A DNA stretch of 63,355 nt from Candidatus Xenobia bacterium (GTDB lineage Bacteria > Vulcanimicrobiota > Xenobia > Xenobiales > QWHO01): positions 1-63,355 of the forward strand of contig BTUM01000046.1 of the NCBI GenBank assembly GCA_045863235.1. Reading direction: 5' to 3'. The position numbers and the translations under genes were made by a program. This document shows, piece after piece, positions 26,030 through 34,631 of the stretch. The notes beneath the pieces were generated by a model. The model did not search any database and was not told where the DNA came from. It saw only the letters and a list, made by a program, of their open reading frames with translations. Each line of letters starts with the position of its first letter. Position 1 is the stretch's first letter.

Positions 26030-27782
26030 AGGGCTCACACGTTTCCAGCAGGTTGCGGTACTGTCCACGAGCGAGTATCTGACCCTGATCCACGACCAGA
26101 ATCTCGTCGCACTCACTCAGTGTAGCCAGCCGATGAGCGATGATCAAAATGGTCTTGCGTCCCTTGAGGCTCTGGAGTGCCCCCAGGAAGGCCTCCTCGG
26201 TCACCGTATCCAGGGCGCTGGTAGCCTCGTCAAAGACGATGAAACTCGGGTCGTGATAAATCGCCCGGGCGATTCCGATCCTCTGTCTCTGCCCTCCGCT
26301 CAACCGAACCCCACGCTCTCCAACATTGGTCTCGAGGCCCTCCGGCAGCTCCTCTACAAAACTGCCGAGTTGGGCGATCTCCAGCACTTCGCGCACGCGG
26401 GCGGTGTCGACCTGGTCGGCGGCAATCCCATAGCCGACATTGTTTCGAATGCTGTCGTCGGCCAAGAAGATGTGCTGGGGAACGTAGCCGATGGCCCTTT
26501 GCCACGCTCGCAAATTCTCGCTTGTCAGAGGTGACTGATCGATCAGAACCCGACCCGCTGTGGGGGAGAGCAAGCCCATCAGCAGGTCGACGAAGGTCGT
26601 CTTGCCCGATCCCGTAGTGCCCACGACTCCTATGGTACGATTGGCGGGGAGACTCAAACTCAATCCGCTCAGTACCGTCTCGCTGGCCCCAGGATACGCG
26701 AAGTCAACGCCCTCCAGCGTGATCGAGTCGCCAAGCATCATCCGCTCGCAGGCAGTCTGGGCAGACGAAGTCGGGGTCGCAAGACGCAGATCCTGGGTGA
26801 TTTCGCTCAAGAAGGGCCGATAGTAGCGGATCAAAGCGAGCGAGCTGAAGACTTGCTGCAGAGCAGGCATCATCCGGTAACCCGACAGAGCGAACAGTGC
26901 CAGGGTCGGCAAAATGGTGGCCACATTCTCACCTCTCCACAAGAGAAACAGAACGGCCACCACCAGGGTCCCGAAGGTCACGGTCTCGACCAGGTAACGG
27001 GGCACCGTGGACAGGAGTTGAGTACGCTCCTGGCTGTGCACCCATCGATTGGTGCTTTCTTGAAATTGATCCGCGAGGTGCTGCTCGCACCCGAGAATCT
27101 TCACCTCCTTCATGGCACTGATCGCCTCGATCACAACCGAGGTTCGTCGGTTGGCGGCCGCTCGCAAGGTGATGCCTTCGCGGGTCACCACCCGATCGAC
27201 CAGTCGGTAGATCAGCGCATAGGCGCCTCCGAGAATGAGAGATACCATGCCAGCCAGGGCTGGCCGGGCCAACAGCATCACGAGCAGGAAGCAGACAATG
27301 ACAAAGAGGCGACTCACCAGCAAGATCATTGGCTGGTAAATTCCTATGGCGATCCGATAGCCAAGGGTCAGGAGTTTGTCTTCCCTTGCTCGTTTCTGAA
27401 TCTGCTCGACATAGGGTCGATCAAGATGCGATCGAAACAGAGCCCCGGCCAGAGTCCGTGCCTGCTGAGCGACAAATTCCTTGCTGAGGAACATGAAGAG
27501 GGCCCCTGTACCATTGGCCACACCGATGGCAAGAACGGTGGTAAATCCGAGATAGAATAGGAACTGCTGGGTATCGACACAGCCCAGCGCCTGGTAGGCC
27601 TGCTTGAGATACGGGTTCTCCAGGACTCTCTCGGGAGCTGCCACGGCCGCCAGAAAGGGCAAAACTGAGGTAGTGCCGACCATCTCCACGAAGCCGGCCA
27701 AAATGCCGGCCACTAGAATCAAATAGAACCTTCGTCGCGAACTGGCCGACAAGAGCGCCAGCGCTTGCGATATTAGAGACAA
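25995..27782 (-). CDS. ABC transporter, fused TMD+NBD (PglK/HepA-like glycan exporter)
   Basis: Multiple TMs, GTTGSGKT, YVPQ, LSGGQRQRIGIARA, VFDEATSALD and IAHRL. External-helix-like segment ENPYLKQAYQALG. GAGGG precedes TTG 27782. Confidence 0.88.
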   Translation of the reverse strand: MSLISQALALLSASSRRRFYLILVAGILAGFVEMVGTTSVLPFLAAVAAPERVLENPYLKQAYQALGCVDTQQFLFYLGFTTVLAIGVANGTGALFMFLSKEFVAQQARTLAGALFRSHLDRPYVEQIQKRAREDKLLTLGYRIAIGIYQPMILLVSRLFVIVCFLLVMLLARPALAGMVSLILGGAYALIYRLVDRVVTREGITLRAAANRRTSVVIEAISAMKEVKILGCEQHLADQFQESTNRWVHSQERTQLLSTVPRYLVETVTFGTLVVAVLFLLWRGENVATILPTLALFALSGYRMMPALQQVFSSLALIRYYRPFLSEITQDLRLATPTSSAQTACERMMLGDSITLEGVDFAYPGASETVLSGLSLSLPANRTIGVVGTTGSGKTTFVDLLMGLLSPTAGRVLIDQSPLTSENLRAWQRAIGYVPQHIFLADDSIRNNVGYGIAADQVDTARVREVLEIAQLGSFVEELPEGLETNVGERGVRLSGGQRQRIGIARAIYHDPSFIVFDEATSALDTVTEEAFLGALQSLKGRKTILIIAHRLATLSECDEILVVDQGQILARGQYRNLLETCEPFKQLAQAGAGS

Positions 27783-27975
27783 GAGACACCCTCTGACAAA
27801 GTGATTCAAAGTCCTCGAAGAGGGCGTTTGCAGCACTCTGCGCTCAACAGATTGTCTGAGGTGCCGCGCGTCAAAGACTGGCGCAGCGCCGTTCAACAGA
27901 CTTCTACACATCCGCGCGTCCTTATTCTGAACAGGTCAACGGGCGGGAGTGTAGCAGGCTGATGAACTCAAGCCT

Positions 27976-28950
27976 TTACCCAACAGCCTGCGGAAAGTCC
28001 TGCAGTGCCGCCAGATCTGCCTGCAACATCAACTCGACCATCTCCTCGAAAGGGACAGAAGGTTGCCATCCAAGGGTCTCCCTGGCATGAGAGGCGTCGC
28101 CAACCAGGAGCCGCTCGGCAGGCCTGACCAACCCCGGGTCAGTGACGACGTACTTCTGCCACTGCAGTCCCGCCAGACGGAAGGCGAGTTCTACGAACTC
28201 TTGCACCGAGTGCGTCTGGCCGGTTGCGATGACGAAGTCGTCGGGCGACTCCTGACGCAGCATGAGCCACATCGCCCGCACGAAATCAGGTGCATAACCC
28301 CAGTCGCGACGAGGCTCCAAGCTGCCCAGCGGCAGGCTGCTCTGAAGCCCGAGCTTGATCCGGGCAACGCCCTGGGTGATTTTGCGGGTAACGAACTGCT
28401 CACCTCGGCGCGGGCTCTCATGGTTGAACAGAATCGCGCAGGACGCGTGCAATTGATAGACATCGCGGAAGTACCGCATCAGATGGTAGCAGGCCAATTT
28501 AGAAACACCATAGGCGCTCCGGGGCCTGAAGGGGGTCTGCTCGTTCTGGGGAGCCGTCGGCGTCGAGCCAAACATCTCGCTCGAGCCCGCCAGGCAGATC
28601 CGGCACTGAGGGGCGGCTTCACGCGCCGCCGCCAGCACGGCGTGAGTCCCCTTGATGTTTGTGTCCAGGGCAGCTGACTCTGCCTCATAGCCAAATCCCA
28701 CCATCGAGTGAGCGGCCAGATGGTAAACCTCCCCCGGTTGCACCTGCTCGAACAGGCGCAGAAGACTCGGAAAATCCTCCACCGACTGATGGTACAGGTG
28801 CAGTCGTTCGTTGCCCGTCAGGTGCCGAAGGCGCTGAGGGTCTTGTCTGCGGCAAATTCCGTGCACGTCATAGCCGTTGGCGAGCAAGAGCTCAGCCAGA
28901 TACGATCCGTCCTGGCCCGAGATTCCTGTTATCAGAGCGGCCGTCTGCAT
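27976..28950 (-). CDS. gmd: GDP-mannose 4,6-dehydratase (copy 2)
   Basis: [47 protein letters not shown] and RRDWG. Confidence 0.92.
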   Translation of the reverse strand: MQTAALITGISGQDGSYLAELLLANGYDVHGICRRQDPQRLRHLTGNERLHLYHQSVEDFPSLLRLFEQVQPGEVYHLAAHSMVGFGYEAESAALDTNIKGTHAVLAAAREAAPQCRICLAGSSEMFGSTPTAPQNEQTPFRPRSAYGVSKLACYHLMRYFRDVYQLHASCAILFNHESPRRGEQFVTRKITQGVARIKLGLQSSLPLGSLEPRRDWGYAPDFVRAMWLMLRQESPDDFVIATGQTHSVQEFVELAFRLAGLQWQKYVVTDPGLVRPAERLLVGDASHARETLGWQPSVPFEEMVELMLQADLAALQDFPQAVG

Positions 28951-29016
28951 GCTGGAAGGGACTGTGGGGCGCGAAGCGTATCAGCTTTCGAATTGTATCC
29001 GCAAGACCCTGCAAGC

Positions 29017-30156
29017 ATGAGAATCGCCCACATCATCACCCGCATGGTCCATGGTGGCGCCCAGATCAATACCCTGATGTGTGCTGTCGAGCAAGCCCGC
29101 CAGGGGCACGACGTAACTCTCGTGACCGGGGTCCAGAGCGGCTCAGAGGGGAGCATTCTCGAGCAAGCCCACCGCTCGCCAATCCGGGTCATCGAGGTTC
29201 CCCCTCTGGTGCGAGAGCTCAATCCCCTGCTCGACCTCGTCGCACTTAACCGGCTTTATCGTCTTCTCGGTGAGGGCTATGACATCGTGCACACGCATAC
29301 CTCCAAGGCTGGCATTCTGGGGCGAGCCGCGGCCCGTGCCCGCAAAGTGCCGATCATCGTCCACACCTCGCACGGCCACGTGTTTCACAGCTTCTTTCAC
29401 CCCTGGAAGGCCAGACTTTTCGTTGCCCTGGAACGAATCGCTGCCCGTTGGTGCGATCGGCTGGTTATGCTGACGGAAGGGGAATTGCGTGATCATCTAG
29501 CTGAGAAGATTGCCCCGCCAGAGATGTTCACGGTGATCCCGAGTGGGGTGGATCTATCGCCCTTCCCTCGACGCGCATCGCTTCCGCGAGACTCGACAGT
29601 GGTGGGCACAGTTCTTCGGCTTGTGGCTATCAAGGGGGTGCTCGACCTGCTCGACGCCTTTGCCCTGGTCCATCAGGCCCTTCCGAGCGCAAGGCTGGTG
29701 ATCGCGGGCGATGGCCCTCTCAGGGCCGAGGTGCAAGCCAAAGTGGTGAAGTTGGGCCTGCAAGACCAAGTATCCCTCCTGGGCCACGTTGAGCCTGGCA
29801 GTGTTCTGCCAACCTATGACGTGTTCGTCATGCCGTCTCACAACGAAGGGATGGGCCGGGCCGTCGTGGAGGCTATGGCCACGGGGCTTCCGATTGTGGC
29901 AACCGAAGTTGGCGGCCTTCCAGACCTGGTCGAGAATGGCCTGAATGGGCTGTTGGTTCCTCCCAGGGAGCCGCGGGCACTGGCAAAGGCCATCGAGAAA
30001 CTATTGCGAGAGCCGCAAACTGCCTGGCGGATGGGGGAGGCCTCGTATGAGCGCTCACGAGAGTTCACCGAGCAGGTGATGTTCGAGCGACTCGGTTCGC
30101 TCTATCAATCCCTCGCTCTGGAGCGGGCGGGGAAGCGACTCCACGCCGCAAGCTAA
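29017..30156 (+). CDS. Glycosyltransferase family 4
   Basis: MRIAHIITR..GGAQ, VHTHTSKAG, HTSHGH and EGMGRAVVEAMA. The ORF-track extension to 28708 overlaps gmd2 and is unlikely. Confidence 0.93.
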   Translation: MRIAHIITRMVHGGAQINTLMCAVEQARQGHDVTLVTGVQSGSEGSILEQAHRSPIRVIEVPPLVRELNPLLDLVALNRLYRLLGEGYDIVHTHTSKAGILGRAAARARKVPIIVHTSHGHVFHSFFHPWKARLFVALERIAARWCDRLVMLTEGELRDHLAEKIAPPEMFTVIPSGVDLSPFPRRASLPRDSTVVGTVLRLVAIKGVLDLLDAFALVHQALPSARLVIAGDGPLRAEVQAKVVKLGLQDQVSLLGHVEPGSVLPTYDVFVMPSHNEGMGRAVVEAMATGLPIVATEVGGLPDLVENGLNGLLVPPREPRALAKAIEKLLREPQTAWRMGEASYERSREFTEQVMFERLGSLYQSLALERAGKRLHAAS

Positions 30157-30258
30157 TGTGCTCGCACTTTGGTTTTGCACATTAGCACAATCTGACGAAC
30201 GCGCCGGAACTTCGTTCCTGCGCGTTGTAAAGTGCAAGACCAGAGGCCTTGCACTTTA
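30152..30258. terminator. Three consecutive hairpins between convergent genes
   Basis: 30152-30161/30177-30186 (10 bp), 30198-30210/30214-30226 (12 of 13 bp) and 30228-30238/30248-30258 (11 bp). Confidence 0.55.
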
Positions 30259-30290
30259 GCTAGAAGCTTGGGGCGCGGGCGGAGACCGTG

Positions 30291-31139
30291 TCAGGGGGAT
30301 CCGGCTGCGCGACTGGACGGGGCTTTCGTCTTGGGCGGGATGATCAGACAATAGATATAGCCCGCGATGTAGGCCAGACTGTAGAGTGCCCCCATCGACC
30401 GGCCACTCAGGAACTGAAGCACCAGGGTCCCGATTCTGCGCCCATAGCGAAAGATCGGATTGCGATGTGCCTGAAACTCCGACACGTGTCCTTCGGGATT
30501 GAAAATGACCAGTTCGGGATACTGACGAAAGACCTGGGCCGACGAGTAGCCATCCCGCAGAGCCATACGGATCAGCTCTTTCAAAGTAGCTGGTACGGGA
30601 TGGTAGTGCCAGACGCCCGGGGCCACCACGATATCCAGGCCAAGGCCTCGAATCCGCTGGCGAAATTCCGGGTCGACCCCTCGCAACAGGCCCTCGTGAA
30701 AGCCCCCAAGCTTCGTGAAGACTTCCCGCCGAATGGCACAGCATTGGGTAGTCACCATGTCGCTGCTCTGGTAGTCGGACACGATCGGCGACTGAGAACG
30801 CGGGAGTTGCCCGGCGAGAGACAGCTGAAACGCGCTGGAATCGGGAGGAAGTTGCTGGGAAGTACCGGCCAGCCCGATCTCGGGCCTTTCCAGGGCTCGC
30901 ACCAGACCCTCGACCACTCGGGTCGTTCCCATGCGCACGTCGTCGTCGAGAAACAGCAAAATCTCGCCCGAGGTTCTGGCCGCCCCGACATTCCGTGCCC
31001 GGCCGTTGGGGGAGACCTGGCGGACGATCTCCACCTCATCCGGCCGGATCGACTGAGCGGTCAAGTCCTCCAGAAGACGCTCGAGGTTCTTTGACCTTTC
31101 CTTCCCCCAACTCGGAATGATCACGGAAATTCGCGCCAC
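30291..31139 (-). CDS. Glycosyltransferase family 2
   Basis: ISVIIPS, ARNVGA, LFLDDD and GGFHE..GVDPE. GGAGGT SD precedes GTG 31139. Confidence 0.9.
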   Translation of the reverse strand: MARISVIIPSWGKERSKNLERLLEDLTAQSIRPDEVEIVRQVSPNGRARNVGAARTSGEILLFLDDDVRMGTTRVVEGLVRALERPEIGLAGTSQQLPPDSSAFQLSLAGQLPRSQSPIVSDYQSSDMVTTQCCAIRREVFTKLGGFHEGLLRGVDPEFRQRIRGLGLDIVVAPGVWHYHPVPATLKELIRMALRDGYSSAQVFRQYPELVIFNPEGHVSEFQAHRNPIFRYGRRIGTLVLQFLSGRSMGALYSLAYIAGYIYCLIIPPKTKAPSSRAAGSP

Positions 31140-31875
31140 AAACACCTCCAGGCAAAGAGCTGCAACCCACAATCGGTGAAGTTCGAGTCCCTAAAATTAA
31201 TTCCCGAGTGCGCTCCCAACCGCAATTCATCAGTGCATCCAGCACCGAAAGGCCGGGTCGAAACTCCTTGGTCCCCACCTGCGGATACGGATGCGCGTGA
31301 AAGCGGGTGATCTCCAGCCTGAGCCCTCGCTCGTCGAACGGCTCGGGTGACTGGTAAGTCGCACCCCCACCAGAGACATAAGTATGTCCCCCGACGAGTT
31401 GGACGATCTGAGCATTCATGTTGTTCTTGTATTCGGTCACCTCCAGGTCGGCACTGTCTCGCCAGGCCAGCTTGAATTCCAGGCCACGGAGGATCTTCTG
31501 CAGCAGCTCAGCATTCCGGAGGGCTAGAAGATCGGACTCGTGTTGATAGAACGCCTCGACCAGCGGCAAGAACTCATTGAAATAGGGAGCCGAGCGGTAA
31601 TTTTGCTCGATCCAACGCTGCTGCTTCTTCAGGAGCTTGCTCTCCCTCTCGATCCGCAACTCGCTGATGGGAACAAAGGTTCCTTCCGTTCGACAGAGCG
31701 GAACCGTGAACCACTCAGCCTCACCGTCCACCATCATCTGGACCCGCTTGAGATAGCGACAGTTCTTTACATCGACGACACAGTGAGTCAAGCAAACGAA
31801 AACATCAGCCTGACTCAGCTTAAAAAAGAATCCCAGCCAGGGAAAGAAGTCGGGTTGGTGGATGGCGACTTTCAC
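31036..31875 (-). CDS. wbqC: WbqC-family protein (putative glycine transfer to O-antigen-type glycans)
   Basis: VAIHQPDFFPWLGFF, QNYRSAPYF, YVSGGGA, YPQ and LSVLDALMNCG. Confidence 0.85.
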   Translation of the reverse strand: MKVAIHQPDFFPWLGFFFKLSQADVFVCLTHCVVDVKNCRYLKRVQMMVDGEAEWFTVPLCRTEGTFVPISELRIERESKLLKKQQRWIEQNYRSAPYFNEFLPLVEAFYQHESDLLALRNAELLQKILRGLEFKLAWRDSADLEVTEYKNNMNAQIVQLVGGHTYVSGGGATYQSPEPFDERGLRLEITRFHAHPYPQVGTKEFRPGLSVLDALMNCGWERTRELILGTRTSPIVGCSSLPGGVCGANFRDHSELGEGKVKEPRASSGGLDRSVDPAG

Positions 31876-32138
31876 CTGGGCTGAAAACCGAGGGGAGGTA
31901 TGACCGCACCTGCCTTTTTCCGTGTGAGGGTCGGAAGGGTAGGAATCGACAAGCAATGCCTCCACCAGCGTTCAGCGTGAGGCGGGCGCCCTGATCCGAA
32001 CGGCAAACCGATAGCTGACCTCCTTCTCGCGGGCGACGGCGCGTCGTGATGCATGACCATACGGGCGGTCCTTTCTATCCCGTGGCTTGCGGGCCTGCCG
32101 GAAGGCAAACTGCCCTCGTGCTCGTATAAGCCTGTCCC

Positions 32139-33242
32139 GTGAGCTACCTGATCCGTTTCGTCCTGCTTCCATTCCTTTGCTCTCTCACAGCCAGCTTGCT
32201 GTTGACCTGGCTGGTGCGTTTCCTGGCCAGAACCTTCAAGGTCCTGGACAAGCCCGGTGCCCACAAGCAACACGAGCGCCCGACCCCAACCCTCGGGGGG
32301 GTGGCCGTCTTTCTTGCCTTCGCCCTCGGACTGGCCTGTCTGGGCCCGTTGAGCATGAAGCTCAAGGTGATCCTGCTGTCAGGTGGCTTCCTGGTCCTGG
32401 TCGGCTTGGTGGACGATCTGAGAGGCGTCAACGCCAATATCAAGCTCCTCTGCCTGGCGCTGGCGACCTGCATTCTCTATGCCGGTGGCATTCGACTCGA
32501 CACGGGCGGCATTCAGGGCCTGGCAGCACTTCTGGCTACTTTCCTGTGGATCGGGCTGGTGGCCAGCGCTTTCAATGGCGTAGACAATGCCGATGGGGCG
32601 GCCGGAGGCCTGGCTGCAATCTCCAGTCTGGCGACATTCTTCATTTCATGGTACACCTGGCAGCACGAACTGGCCGTTATCTCCCTGCTGTTGTGCGGCT
32701 CCTCGCTCGGATTCTTGTTCTTCAACTTCCCCAGACCCAAAGCCACCATCTTCCTGGGCGACTCGGGCAGTCTCTTTCTCGGCTTCTGTCTTGGCATCTT
32801 CACGGTCTTGGGCGAATGGTCCGATACCGATTGGAAGGCGGCCGTGCTTGCGGTCTCTCTGGTGCTGGTCCCTCTGTTCGACTTTGGCCTCATCCTGGTG
32901 GTCCGGGGGCTGGACGGTCGCTACAAGCGCTGGGACGACCCGATTCGCATGTGTGCCCGCGACCACACCTTTCATCGCCTCCGAGCCCTGGGGCTGAGCC
33001 CTCGCGCAGCCCTGGGTTGCCTCTACATCGGTGGGGCCGCGACGGGGCTGTTCAGTCTGGTTGGAACGTTACGACCCGACTGGCTCCGGGTGGAAACCGT
33101 GGCTCAGCTCATTGGGTTCTTGGGACTGCTCGCCTTCCTGCTCTGGCGGGTCCCGCTGCCGCCCGGCGCCTATGGAGAGGATGATTCAACCTCAATGACC
33201 AGCCTGGAAGTCGAGCAAACGATAGTTCGAACCGGTCGCTGA
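32139..33242 (+). CDS. wecA: Undecaprenyl-phosphate sugar-1-phosphate transferase, WecA/TagO (MraY family)
   Basis: DKPGAHKQH..PTPTLGG, GLVDD, FNGVDNADG, FNF..ATIFLGDSGS and DHTFHRL. Confidence 0.9.
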   Translation: MSYLIRFVLLPFLCSLTASLLLTWLVRFLARTFKVLDKPGAHKQHERPTPTLGGVAVFLAFALGLACLGPLSMKLKVILLSGGFLVLVGLVDDLRGVNANIKLLCLALATCILYAGGIRLDTGGIQGLAALLATFLWIGLVASAFNGVDNADGAAGGLAAISSLATFFISWYTWQHELAVISLLLCGSSLGFLFFNFPRPKATIFLGDSGSLFLGFCLGIFTVLGEWSDTDWKAAVLAVSLVLVPLFDFGLILVVRGLDGRYKRWDDPIRMCARDHTFHRLRALGLSPRAALGCLYIGGAATGLFSLVGTLRPDWLRVETVAQLIGFLGLLAFLLWRVPLPPGAYGEDDSTSMTSLEVEQTIVRTGR

Positions 33243-34631
33243 CTCTTCCAGCTGTCGCAGCAACCTGATCGCGACCTCCACGGTCGAGAGGGCAGGGTCG
33301 AGGTCGAACGGCAGGTTGGTCTGGTCAGTGCGCATTCTGGGTAGTCGCGCCACCACGAAGCGGTGCTGAGGAGCCTCCAGGGCCAGCCCCCGGAGCCAGC
33401 CTTCCAGGGCCCCCTTGGCCGCCAGGTAGTGGCTGAACTGTGGTTTGGGAAGGCTCAGGTAGGTCGAAGACACAAGCACCAACTGACCACCAGGTCGCAA
33501 GAGAGGCAGAAGCACCCTGGCGAGCTCGACCGAACAGGCCAACGACTGTTGAACAAAGCTCAGCCACTCGACTCCAGATTGCTCTTGGAACAGAGCAGCT
33601 TGAATGGGGGGAGATGCGTTCAACACGCACATGTCGAGGCTCCCCCAGGTCTGGGCAATGGCTCCGGCCAGACGAACGCATTCGTCTGCCCGAGATGCGT
33701 CCCCGAACAACCGCAGCGCTTGTGGAGCGATCTCCGGCTCGAGCTCGAACTCCTGCCGCCCGTGGTAGGCGACTCGAGCTCCCTGCAAAGACAGGGCCTG
33801 GCCGAGTACCGAGCCAAAACCGCGCGAGGAGCCAGAGACAAAGATGTGTCGGCCAGACCAGAACGCGCTCTGGCTCAAACTGGCCCTCACCTCGGCCAGC
33901 GAGACGGTGACCGGGTCGGGCCGCAAGAAGGCCGACAATTGCAGGCGCGAGCCGTCCTCCGCTTCGGCATTGATGCTTACCAGGTTGAATCGCTCGTCGA
34001 AGCGTGCGCTGGCGCTGCTGAACTGGCACAACCCACTACCTGACACTCCGAACTCGATGCTGAGACTCGAGAAGAGCGCCTGTTCGCCTGGACACTCCAT
34101 TCCAACGTAGTAGCTGCTCCAGCAGAGCAGTGCGAGCTGGTCCAGGGGAAACTGTCCCCGGCTCAGTCCGCAGGTATTGAGGGCCTCGTCCAGAGCCTCC
34201 TCGACCAGGGCGTAGGGTTGGGGACAAGAGAGCTCCTCTCCGGGGAGGTAACGTCGGGGTTGCCGACTGGCGGGGCTGGCGGTTGCGGGAAATGACAGCT
34301 CAACGGGGCCGTGACTCGGGGTGAAACTCAAGTCGAGTTGAGAGACTGATCCCCTTTCAAGACTCAGACTCACCCGCTCGCCAGAGTCCTGAATTCGCAT
34401 CTGATAACTGACGCCCACGAAGAGTGGTTTGCGAAAGGTGGCCTTCAATCGCCCAAGACGAAAGCTTCGCCCCGCAGACCACTCACCGAGACAGGCGAGC
34501 ACCGCACAAACGCCATAGACCACGGGTCGCCCAAAAGGCGATCTGCGGGCATAGTCCTCGTGAAGATGCAGAGGGTTGCGGTCTTGAGAGAGCCGCTCGA
34601 AGGCCCGAATCTGCTCAGGACTGAACTTCAC
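33192..34631 (-). CDS. MaoC-like (hot-dog) dehydratase fused to SDR ketoreductase
   Basis: N-terminal hydratase-2 motif LSQDRNPLH...FGRPVVYG. C-terminal SDR with VSGSSRGFG, LNAS and YLAAK (YxxxK). Confidence 0.88.
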   Translation of the reverse strand: MKFSPEQIRAFERLSQDRNPLHLHEDYARRSPFGRPVVYGVCAVLACLGEWSAGRSFRLGRLKATFRKPLFVGVSYQMRIQDSGERVSLSLERGSVSQLDLSFTPSHGPVELSFPATASPASRQPRRYLPGEELSCPQPYALVEEALDEALNTCGLSRGQFPLDQLALLCWSSYYVGMECPGEQALFSSLSIEFGVSGSGLCQFSSASARFDERFNLVSINAEAEDGSRLQLSAFLRPDPVTVSLAEVRASLSQSAFWSGRHIFVSGSSRGFGSVLGQALSLQGARVAYHGRQEFELEPEIAPQALRLFGDASRADECVRLAGAIAQTWGSLDMCVLNASPPIQAALFQEQSGVEWLSFVQQSLACSVELARVLLPLLRPGGQLVLVSSTYLSLPKPQFSHYLAAKGALEGWLRGLALEAPQHRFVVARLPRMRTDQTNLPFDLDPALSTVEVAIRLLRQLEESATGSNYRLLDFQAGH

